DNA of 64,000 nt from Camelus ferus (Eukaryota). Below are positions 50,990 to 62,080 of the stretch, in pieces; position 1 is the stretch's first letter; the number at the start of each line of letters is the position of its first letter. The notes under the pieces are model-generated. The model was not told where the DNA came from, made no database searches, and saw only the letters and a program-made list of their open reading frames with translations. The stretch covers positions 120,034,001 to 120,098,000 of the forward strand of contig NC_045696.1 of NCBI RefSeq assembly GCF_009834535.1. The letters are read 5' to 3'. The translations under genes were made by a program, and so were the position numbers.

Positions 50990-51520
50990 CTGATTATACG
51001 TGTATATCCTAATTATTTTTATATCCTCCAATGTATATCCCAGTTATATCTACATATTCTAATTATATATGTCTTAAACATATATTCTAATTGCATCACA
51101 TATGTTAATTTTATACATATCCTAACTATATATAAAAATTAATCATATATTACTAATTGAATATATATTTAATTATATGTATTGTATATATATATTATAT
51201 TATATATAGATTAATTCTGTATCCTAATCAAATATATAACTTAAATTAGAATACATACACATATTTATAGACACACAGAACACACAATTAGGAGATATAT
51301 AAAATTTATTTATTTTATATATATAGAATAGCTGTATATATTTTATTCTATATATAGATAATTCTATCCTAATTTTTAGATATATTCTAACTATATATAC
51401 ATATAGTTTTGTTAATTTCATTAATACATAATGTAAATGTATTTGTATGTGTTTAATATATGAATTTTATAATCCTAATTTTATATACCTCCTTATTTTA
51501 TATAATCCTAATATGCGCAT
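50990..51520. repeat. AT-rich low-complexity / degenerate minisatellite (TATATCCTAATT units)
   Basis: Read directly; a reverse-complement counterpart lies at ~58830-59250. Confidence 0.85.
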
Positions 51521-52929
51521 CGTGATAACATACATGCAGTCTCATATGATCCTGAATTTAAAGTCTAGCTGGTAATAAAAATTGAGGAAGGGCTTGTTTG
51601 GACACAGGACTGTTACCAACTCACCAAACAAACAAATACATCAAATACTGCAAACTAAACAAAAAAGGCTTGCAGGACAAATGCTGTTTACTACAAGACA
51701 CAAAGGATTTGTGAACTTCTGTGAGCACACTGCCCCCTTGTGTTTCCATGTGGCACTGCGGCTGTATGGCTCAGCTGCCTGTGACCGCACAAACCTTTAA
51801 GGTCACTAATTTACTCTTTCAACATACATTTATTTAAAACACCTACCATGATGCCTGGAGAGCACAGTGATTCAGAATTTGGGAGCCACAGAAGAAAAAC
51901 CCCTGAGAGGAGGACTGAGTCCTGATAAGGGGCTGGAAGCACAGGCACAACTGGATTTGAGAATTAGTGTGCTGTGTGCCTCCCTTCCCCCACCGGCTTT
52001 TGAATAGAATTATTTGTAGTGACCGCAGGATGTATTGTATTTTGGGGGAGGGGAAGGAAGCGGATTACTTGTCTCTGTAATCAACAGCTCTCCAATCAGC
52101 AGGACTCATTAAAGGAGCTGTACCCGATGAATCACACCCTCATCCACACCTGAAGGTGATGTAGATGGCCAGGTCAAGCTAGCGCCATGATGATTGGAGA
52201 CAGGTTACTCATATGGACCAGTTTCTGCCAGGACCCTCCAGCAAGTTGCCCAGATAGGATACACATCCCTGGACAGCCACACCCTCTGCAAAGAGACTTG
52301 CTGCTCAGTCATCCCAGGAGTGTGGCCCTTGCCTGAGTTTCTCAGCTCCTTCCTTGTTCACTGCCTCTCAGCTCTGGAAGGAATAGCTGCTTTCTGCAAT
52401 TGCTGCTTCTGTAGAACTGAGAATCCTTTTAAAAAAAAATCCCCTTTAGTCATTAATTACCTTTTAAGAGCTAGCATGTCCTCATGTTTAATTTTCTTAT
52501 TCAAATCACTTACGTGGTTTCTATCTCCTCACAACTTCTATCTTAGAATTAAAATGTTTTTTCTTATACAATGTAGTTAACTATGCCAACTGATTGTAGG
52601 ATCCAGAATGAGGAAAGAACACATTGTTTCTATAAAGGAAGTGAAAGTTCTTGGGACTAGGTGTCAGGATTCTCATTGTTTCAGTAGTTACAGCATCCAT
52701 CTAGCGGATGTCTAAATTCCTATCCACCATCCCCTTCTGGGTAGCAATTTAAAAGTGCTTGCACGCTACAAAGTCCCAGAGGTGAAATGTGTCACGATAT
52801 CAAATTAAGAGAGTTTATACTTTTCTGATGATCTCAAACCGGCTTCTTAAGTAGAAACTGAAAATGTAATTGGTTCCCCACTTTTTCGAAAGAAAGTAGG
52901 TTTTGTGATAGCAGATATTTCCATTATCC

Positions 52930-55340
52930 AGTAGGTGGCAGTTGTGTTAGTTTATGCACAACTTTTCCTAAGCATGGCGAGCCCTGTTATATGAGCAGTA
53001 TTAAAAACATTAGCAGGAAGTGAAAGGCAAATCTTCCAGGTGGCTACTGCCCCAGCGGGAGCCTTTCCAGCTCAATTTTAAGAAATTGACAAAAGAATGT
53101 TTGCGTTATGCTCGGCGGGTTGTACCTCTTTCAGTGCCAGTTCTAAATAAAAACAGGCACTAGCTCAGAGCCCCATCCCACCTGTGTTGTCTCGAAATGC
53201 CATTCAGGATGCCCATGTGGTGTCACGTGTATTTACAAATCTCCTCTGAGGCAGCCCATGGGCATCTGGGGAACCCTGCCAAGATGATCACTTCAAGGTA
53301 GCAATGATTCCTTTCACTAGGGCTTTGGTTACAAACTTGCTTAGATTATGATTGATCCACTCAGAGCCCTATTTTTGTCCCTAATTCTTCAGGGCTTAAT
53401 TTTGCAGAATATCGAGTTTGTCAGAAACACTTACGTCTAGAAGGAATGCACCCTGAAGATAGCAGAACTAACAAATATTATGAGTTGGTTTCAAGTTTTG
53501 ACTGTAGGGTAATATAATTTCTAATCACATAATAGCAACACTGTGCACTGTGACAAATGTCTAAGTAGAAGTAGGACAAACGTAATGAGGACAAAATTAT
53601 CTGCCTTTCTTATGTTAATAGAATTCTTCATTTCCTTGAGTCATCAACTAGTTCCTGGTTTACCTGAGTATTTCCATTTCTTCTACTGTCTCTCTTTCTC
53701 CTCATGTGTCACTTGAATGGGGACCTGTAAGAGGCTTTTCAGGAAGTCAGAGAGTAGAGAGGAGTGTGCTCTCATTGGAGGTGGCGTCCCTTTAATATTT
53801 GTTGACTTAAAAAAATTGAAGTAGAGTTGATTTACGATGTTGTGTTAGTTTCAGGTGTACAGCAAAGTGATTCAGTTATACATATTCTTTTTCAGATTCT
53901 TTTCCATTGTAGGTTATTACAAGATACTGAATAAAGCTCCTTGTGCTATACAGTAGGACTGTGTTATCTATTTTATATATATCAGTTTGTACCTTCAAAT
54001 TCTAAGCTCCTACTTTATCCCTCTACCCTCTCCTTCCCGCTTGGTGACCATAGTTTGTTTCTATGTCTCTGAGTCTGTTTCTGGTTTGTTAGTAAGTTCA
54101 TTTGTATTTTTTTTGGTTCCACATATAAGTGATATCATATATTTTGTCTTACTTTATGTTGACTTGATTTTTTTTAAAAGGGACTGTCCAGAATTCACTC
54201 TATGTTTCTTCTCTAAAATTAAGGGGAAAGAATAGGCAGGGAAGAATGTTTTTTTTTTTTTTCTCACATCTAAGCTTTCCAAAAACACCAAAATTTACTT
54301 CAAGACCCGAACAAACATCCTTAGTATAAGAATTAGTGTGTAAAATTCTTATCTATCTGCCAGGATCTCACTGTTCAAGCTGTTTCTAAAGGTAAGATAA
54401 CCATTTTTGTAAACAATATTTTATCAACATCAATTGAGCACCAGTTCTATTCTGGATTCTACACAAGGTGATAGGGAAACAGTATGTAAAACGCAATCTC
54501 TACCCTTCAGGAGCTCAGTTTTATGGAGGAAGACAGATATTTAAACAATTAATTGTATCAAAAAGTACCGAACGCTAGCATGGAAGTATCACATGCGAGT
54601 GGATGGACAACAGGAGGTATTAACTCAATGGTGGGACGAGGGGGAGGCAGGGAACGTTTTTCTGAATTGACGTTTGAGCTGCAGAGAACTCCCCCCGGGG
54701 AGCAGAAAGCAAGGACGGGTTTTGAGCGGAGGGAACAGCATGTAACAAGTGTGCAGAAGTGTGTGACATGGCAGAGGGAGTTCGGGTCATTTCAAAAGAG
54801 TGGGTGGAGCCCCTGTGAACAGTGCAAATGAGAGGCGGGGGAGATGAGGCCAGAGGCAGGGCTGGAGCACGGAAGGCCACCCCTGGGACTTAAGGGACCT
54901 TTACCTTTGTTCTCTGGAAGAAATAACTAAAGAATAGACACTCTTAACCTAGTCCATATATCACTTCAGGAGTATCGTGAACTCCTGAAATTAGATGCAA
55001 AATTTGCTTATGGACACTTTCCCTGAAAAATGGCCCATAATTTTTGAGATGCCCAGAGGTTTGTGACAGCCCTCTCTCATCAGGCAAAATTAGGGTTCAC
55101 TCCGAGAACACTGGCTGGGCTATGCACGTAGGTAATAGTGCCATCTGTGCCTTGGCCTGCTGACAACAGCAGAGTGGGAGGGGGCAGTGATGTGACAGCC
55201 TATATCTTCCTGAGTTTGAGGAGAAAAACTGGATCATATACAGTTTGGTACATAGTAATGATGAAAAGAGGAGGGTGTCCTACCTCAGAAAAGCAAGCAA
55301 CAGAAGGGCGGGTGATGTCACCTGGTCCGAATCTCAGAAG
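52930..55340 (-). pseudogene. Unprocessed partial duplicate of CAPN7 (part of intron 5, pseudo-exon 5 at 53664-54212, part of intron 4)
   Basis: Colinear similarity to 37100-39610 at many anchors. The exon 5 copy keeps its AG and GT but has an early TAG and an L1 insertion. Confidence 0.85.
53809..54156 (-). mobile_element. L1 3' fragment inserted into the CAPN7 pseudo-exon 5
   Basis: L1 3'UTR motifs; TSD tgttgactt at 53800-53808 and 54157-54165. Confidence 0.85.
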
Positions 55341-55674
55341 GAAAGAGTTGTCTTAATTCATGCTAGAAATACAGATGCAACTTCCACTCTTTTGTCACCA
55401 GTCCTCCTCAGTTTGTCTGTTTTTGGCCGACGGCTCCTCTTTCTGGAATCACGTGAAATGTGCCTAGCCCAAACCGATGTGCTGAAGCAGAAGATTTAGA
55501 CTTACTACAAAGAAGCATGTAAAACATCTCATTAATTATTTTTAATATTGATTGCATATTGAAATCATATTTTAAATATTGGATTAAATACAATATATGT
55601 AAAAATCAGTTTTGCCTGTTTCATTTCCTTTTTTAATATTTGGCTACTAGAAAATTTAAAATTACACATGTGGC

Positions 55675-56401
55675 TGATGAAAGAAAGTTTTTTCACACGT
55701 TGAGGTCTGGAAAAGTAACTCTGGCTTTTACGTGAGTTAACTTGGATTTGATGCTAGCAAAGCCTGTTTGTGGCCTATCAAACATGCCGTGTACATCTGC
55801 TTTAATTATTAAAGAAAAGGGCACATTGACAAAAATAAAGAATGTCCATCTTGAAAATAAAGATTAAGTGCCTCCCTTTCCGGGTGCCAATGCCGGTCCT
55901 CCTTTGATGCTAAGACCCCCCTCCCAGGTGCCAAGGCTGTGCTGACTCGCTGTGTACACAGCGATCTATTTTTGTTTTTGCTCTTTTAAAACTTGAAGGA
56001 ATGTGTCTCTGACTTGTTGGATGTTCTTTGCTCTGACAAGATGTAAAACTGTGCTGATATAGCACAGGGAACTATATTCAATATCTTGTAGTAACTTATG
56101 GTGAAAAAGAATGCGAAAATGAATATATGTATGTTTATGTATGACTGAAGCATTGTGCTGTACACCAGAAATTGATACAACATTGGAAACTGACTATACT
56201 TTGATAAAAAAAATACAAAAATCAAAACAAACAAATAAAACAAAAACAAAAACAAAACTGTGCTGAAAACCCTGCTTCTCTGGAGCAGTTCCTCAGAGTC
56301 ATCTGAGAGCCTGTCTTCCGGGCTATAGTTCTTAGTTTGGCTCAAATAAAACTCTTTTTCTATTCCTAGTATAAATTGTTTATTGATTATTTCCATCAAC
56401 A
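55675..56401 (+). mobile_element. Solo ERV1-type LTR inserted in a MER33-like element and itself carrying an L1 3' fragment (56058-56253)
   Basis: TG...CA ends, AATAAA at 56345-56350, 4-bp TSD tggc/tggg. L1 TSD aaaactgtgctga at 56045-56057 and 56254-56266. Confidence 0.75.
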
Positions 56402-58829
56402 TGGGTAACATTCCATTTCTGTTAGCAGCGTTATCCCAAGACGTTCCATCAGTGCGTTTCAGACCATGACATTTGCTTTTCAAGCAGCATCTTGGTGGTA
56501 CTCTAATCATAGTCACGGGTTGGGTTTTCAGGGAATCAGAGGTTGAAATGGACCAAGAGAAGTCTTGCTTGGAACATTTGTGCAGGATATTGGGAGGAAG
56601 AAAGGTCGGGAAGGGGAACCACAAACTTTGACAGTCTCTTCCAGTTTAATGGGGGAACTCCAGAGCAAATATTATTCTGTAGAGGGTCTCATTTGGGGCA
56701 CAAATGGTCCGGCCCTTATATTGCTGCCTTGCTTGGTTATTGTTTGGGGGCTGTTCCAAGAATTGCATGTTTTCCTTTGAGAGCTGGAGCAGACATGAAG
56801 GGGTTAACATCCGGAGGCTCTGGGCTGTTCTCAGGTGGGCAGTGAAGGGAGTTCTGAGCAGAACGTCCCTGTGTCTGCCAGATTAGGTTTTTCCAAAAAA
56901 TACGAAGCGCACACACACATCCTGGAAAGTGATGTACTATAGACATACTATATATAAATATAAATAAATTTTTATAGTATATCTCTTTCCAAGGTCTCCT
57001 CCCTAGATTCCAGGAATGGCTGTAAGGATCAAGAGTCTGAACAAGTTTACATAAAACTTAATAAGAGCTAGTATTTTGCTAGTATACCCAGCTGCAAACG
57101 ACATAGGCCCTAAGATTCTAATTTGTTTAATCTTTAAAAAAATTTAGTTATAACAATCATTGAGAAAAGTGCACCTGTCTTAATGGGCATGCCTCAGCAC
57201 ATTTTTACATTTGTGTGCACCCATATTAAAATAAAAATCATTTCCAAGATCCTAGAAGACTCTGCTATGTCACCTCTTAGGTGGTATCTCCTTCCACCCA
57301 GAAATGGCAACTATTCAAACTTCTTTCATTGTAGGTTGAGCTCACCTCTTCTTTAATTTCATGCAGTTGGAGTCATGAAGTTACACACTCTTTCAGCCTG
57401 GTTTCTTTAACTTACCGTTATATCTTTGAGACTTACACATATTTTTGACAGTGGTTTATCTCTTTTAAAATACCGTATGATATTCACTTGTATAAGTATG
57501 AAATAATTTATGCATCTGTTCCATTCTTCATGAACATTAGATTATTTCCAGTTTTGTGCTTACATGCAGAAAGTCAGTAAGAACATTTTTCTACCTGGCT
57601 TTTAGTGGACATAGGCACTCATTTCTCCTGGGTATATACCTGGGAGAGGAATTGCTGAGTTAAAAGGTATGCATACGTTTAGTTTTAAATCCAGTTTTCC
57701 CAGCTGGTTGTAGTGGTTCACACACCCACCAGCATGTGTGAGTGTTTCAGTGTCTCCAGTCTCACCAACACCTCACATCGTCAGCCTCCTGAATTTCAGT
57801 CATTCATTCCAGTGGATTCTAATTTAGATGTTTTAGTTCCAAATTCTCCTGATCGAGTCTCAGCCAGTGGGTAGGAAGCCACTAACACTGTGGGGCAGGG
57901 TTGGTCTCTAGTTCTGCGTGCTTTTCCTCTATCAGCTTGACACCCTCTCCTCCGCTGGGATGATGAAGGGTGATGAAGGAGCTGCTTAACTCTTTGGTGA
58001 GAATGCTTAGCCGCTCTTTTTCACTGAAGTCTCTGTTCTGTGGCTTTGCAAGGATTCAGGACTGGCAGGTTGTCACATTGTTCCAGAGCAGAGTCAACTG
58101 GGTATGCTTTTTCCAAGTCTAGAAAATTCTCCCATTGTCAGGATGTCAGGGAATCGCCATTTTTGTAGCCTCAGGATAGGGGCTGTGTCTGTTTCTGTTC
58201 ACTGCACCCCGAGGATCAGCATTTACTTCCTCTCATTGTGAGTCCCCCTAGGATGATGGGAAGGGATAGAGAAAGTACACGCCAGGGGTTCAGACCTGGC
58301 AGGGTGTGAGCTGAAGGTAGCCCGCAGGTGCCTGATGACTCACGGTACTGAGAAATAAATAGAATTAGTTGTTATTTAAAATCAGGCATTTTCACCAACA
58401 TGTGAATCTCTGGCTTCCCTTGGGAAAAGTAATACGCCCGTATGCTCTCCTTGCAGCCCGTCTAGGGCTGAGCGGTGCTGCCCCAGCTCTCTGGGACACG
58501 CACCCTCCAACCCCCATCTTCCACCCAGCCTGCCCCACACTGACCTTCTCCGCCTGGGGGTGGAGTTCATGTGCCCTGAGAGCCCCACAGAGGCTTCAGA
58601 CTGGAAATCGCTGTGCTCTGAATCTAGCCCAGGTTAGCAGCAGGTGCTCAATAAATATATATTAAGTGAATGAAGAGGGACCAGCGCGCTGGGATACACA
58701 CACGTAGTTCCGCGAGCAGACACACGGGGGTGCTGTGCTCTCGGAAATCCACAGAGAACAGTCCTGATTTTCCTTACCTGCCAGGCTCTGAATTCCCCGT
58801 GCTGTGGCTGTGTGCACGTGATTGCAATC

Positions 58830-59250
58830 ACATAAATATATCGTAATTTTACATGTAGCCTAACATGTATATCTTTATCTATCTACACCTACACACACAT
58901 ACATATATAATAAAGAAGTTTAAAATTAGAAGAGACACAATTAGAATATATATAATTAACATATGTAATTAGGATATATATGGTTTGGTATATATATAAT
59001 CATATATATGGTATATGTATGATTACGTATACGATTAGGATATACAGAAATTATGTAGCTCAAATACACTTAGATGTATAATTAACATTTATATCTATTA
59101 AAACATATAATTAGGATATACATGAAATTAGGGTATACAATTGAATATATTGAATATTTATTTAAAAATTAAGACGTAGATAAAATTTTATATATTTAAT
59201 GTAATTAGAATACATAATAATGTGAATCATATAAAATTGCATATAATGGA
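58830..59250. repeat. AT-rich low-complexity block (AATTAGGATATA units)
   Basis: Read directly. Confidence 0.85.
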
Positions 59251-59947
59251 CTGTTTTGAACTTCTAACGTGGCAGTTTTACGTAGTTGGAACTAACATTT
59301 CAAATGGACCACAGTTATTAAATCTGTTAGAAGACAAAGCCTGTGTTCTCTTTTAGTGGAACCTTCTCTCTCAGTTTCTGATTCTAATGTTCCAACATGA
59401 AAATTGGTCTCTGATCGGAGTAAGGGGGCCAATATAACCAAAATGCCAAGGGCCAGCAGTTACTTTTGCTTCTCACAAGCGGGACGTGGCCGGGTGGTGT
59501 TTGTGGACGGGGAAGTTAGTTCGTTTCCCCTTACATGGGAAGGGAAGCAGGTCACCGGAGTTGGCAGTTTCCATGAGATGTCAGGGCCTGAGGCATCAAT
59601 GGGTACAGTCTGGAGGGGGTGTGGGAGCACTCGGGGTTCTCCCCTGCACCCAGATGACTCCTCAAAGCTGTGTCTCCTTAGAAGTTGTACAAAATGGTGG
59701 AAGCTGGAGAAGCAGTGCTCAGGCATCACAGGTTGGAAAGTAATAGGGAGGAAGGAAGGACACTTCAAGGACACAGACCCATACAGCGGAGGCGGGACGG
59801 AAGGGAAGGAATTCAGCCCCCTTCCCCCTTGACACCTTGATCATGATGTGCTGACCCCAAGGGCTGGAATTTCAAGGGCATGGGCCATGGGCGGGGTCTT
59901 GGCTGGGGACAGACCCTGGGTTTCCTGTACCGAGTTTTAAATCTGGA

Positions 59948-60140
59948 ACAGTGGTTCTCTAAAGGTGGTCCCTGTACCTGCAACATTGGCATCACTGAGA
60001 ATCCGTCAGAAAAACACACTCTGGGGCCCCAGCCAGACCTGCGGGATCAGAGACTCTGGGGGTGGGGCCCAGCAATCTGGGTACAGCAGCCCCCTTCCCC
60101 AGGTGACTCTGATTCAGCCGAAGTGTGAGAAGCACTGCTA
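59948..60140. mobile_element. MER5A-like DNA transposon
   Basis: cagtggttctctaaaggtggtcc...ggtggggcccagcaatctg...aagtgtgagaagcactg. Confidence 0.8.
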
Positions 60141-61470
60141 TCAATCTCAGGGCCACCACCTCCCCGCAGCCAGACCCAGCGAGTCACAGTCCTCCCCAGA
60201 CCCCGAGCACGATGCTTCAGCCGCTCGTGGAGCCTGAAACGCCCTCTCTTCTCCCCCTGTTTTGCTTTTGTTCTACCTTTGGGACTCAACTCAAGCATCG
60301 CTTCTACCAGGACACAGTGTGAGACTCCCCAGGGCAGGCTTCGATGCTGCTTCCTCAGGCCTCCCAGTTCCTGACAGACGTCTTTCTTAGGAATTATCAA
60401 GTGATGCTCAAACTGAAGATGTGAGTCTTTCTCTTTCCACCAAGTGAACTGTTTTGTCTATTTCCTTTTAACCCTCAGTGCCTGGCCTGTGGAATTTAAA
60501 AAAGGTGTTGAATGAAATAATACTGGCTATTGGGGTGTTAATTCTTCTGGCCTTTCTAGGTTGCATGAGTGATGGTGCCAAGTTGGTTTCTGCCGTGAAG
60601 TCAGTGGAAAGCCAGGGCAGAGGGTAAGGGGCAGAGGCTTGAGGGGAGGGAGGCCCTGTGGATTACACGGGTGGGATGGGGATCCCAACCCACAAAGCAC
60701 TGGTGGCAGCAGCAGCAATTGTGAGAGAACAGGACTCTGAAAAGGTGCCTAGCATTTGTCTGATGATCTGTACAGTGAGAGTGTATTTGTGAATTGCACA
60801 TATACACAAAAATACTAAAAAGTGTTAACTTTCCAAAGGAGTGAAATGTTGAAATGAGGTCTGTAGGTGATATTTCAATGTCTGAGAAACCCACAAATGT
60901 GCTGTTTGCTTCTGCTCTGCATCCCCTCGGTCACACAGTACCTGACAGAACGTCTGCATCGTAAATGGAGGTAATAATGGTCCTACCTCGTAAGATTATT
61001 GTGGAGAGTAGGTGAATATATACATAAAGCACACGGCGGAGTGCTAGCCCAGAGCAAACTTTGTGTGTGTTTGCTGTAATTTTCTTTTTTAAATTTTTAT
61101 TTTCTTTTTTATTGAAGTGTAGTTGATTGACAATGTGCAATAAAGTGATTCAGTTATACATATACATACATATATACATATATTTTCAGATTCTTTTCCA
61201 TTATAGCTTATTACAAGATATTGAATACAGTCCCCTGTGCTGTACAGTAGGTCCTTGTTGTTTATCTGTTTTATATACAGTAGTGTGTTAGTTCCAAACT
61301 CCTAATTTATGGCAGTTTATCACGTGGCAGCTGGGGGCCGGGCTGATCTGAAGCTTGTGTTTTCTCACAGGCGTGGTGCCAGGGCTGGAAGGACTCAGAG
61401 ACTGAGGCCACTGACCAGGGTGCCTGCACGCGGTCTCTCCACCTGACTTGGCTTCCTCACAGCTCGGCAG

Positions 61471-62080
61471 TGGGACAGGAGGGGAGGGGAGGGGAGCCGG
61501 CGGGACACAGCCAGTCAAAGAATGGCACAGTAACGAGCACCAAGACGGCAGAAGATTCACTCTGGACTTGGAGCTTCATTGTACACTCATTGTAACACAA
61601 TAGCTGCTAAAGGGCGCTCCCGCAGGTGCCAGGACAGCTCCCACACTGACCATAAAAGGCCAAAAAGTGGGCGGTGGCCCAACTCCTGGGAATCCCACCC
61701 CTTCCCCAAAGTAGTTGGAATAACCGTCCCACTTGTTAGCATATGAAGTTACCCAGCCCGGAAAACTAACCACCCCCACGCCGCGTGGTGTCTCTCTTGT
61801 CTTTTGAGAAGGCTCGCACTCTGTCTGTAGACAGCGCATCTACTTTTATTTTAAACTAAAGACCCACCTCCATGCCCTGTGGCCCCTCTGGCTTCCTGAG
61901 ACGGTCTGCACGCTGTCTATGGGGTATGTATCTCTCTGAATAAATCCACTTTTACTCACCTGTAGCTTGCCCTTGAATGATTTCCTTCGCGAAGCCAAGG
62001 CGGAGTGCCCTTGGTGGAGTGCGCCCCAGGGACTCTACTGAGACATGACCACCTTCTCGCGCCCCATTTTTCCTGCATCA
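61471..62080 (+). mobile_element. ERV1-type solo LTR nested in an MLT1-like MaLR remnant (~61310-62310)
   Basis: LTR motifs (ccataaaaggcc, aataaatccactttt, end tcctgcatca). MLT1-like sequence lies on both sides; the left boundary is approximate. Confidence 0.6.

Noticed and set aside
50990..51520. Repeat-spacer-like periodicity suggesting a CRISPR array
   Set aside because: It is degenerate AT-rich eukaryotic simple sequence with no constant repeat, no unique spacers and no cas genes.
52580..52650. Possible remnant of CAPN7 exon 6 extending the upstream duplicate (atgaggaaagaacacat...tgtttctataaa vs atgaaaggaacatat...tgtcctataaa)
   Set aside because: The match is too short and AT-rich to support by eye, so it is left outside the called boundary pending an alignment.
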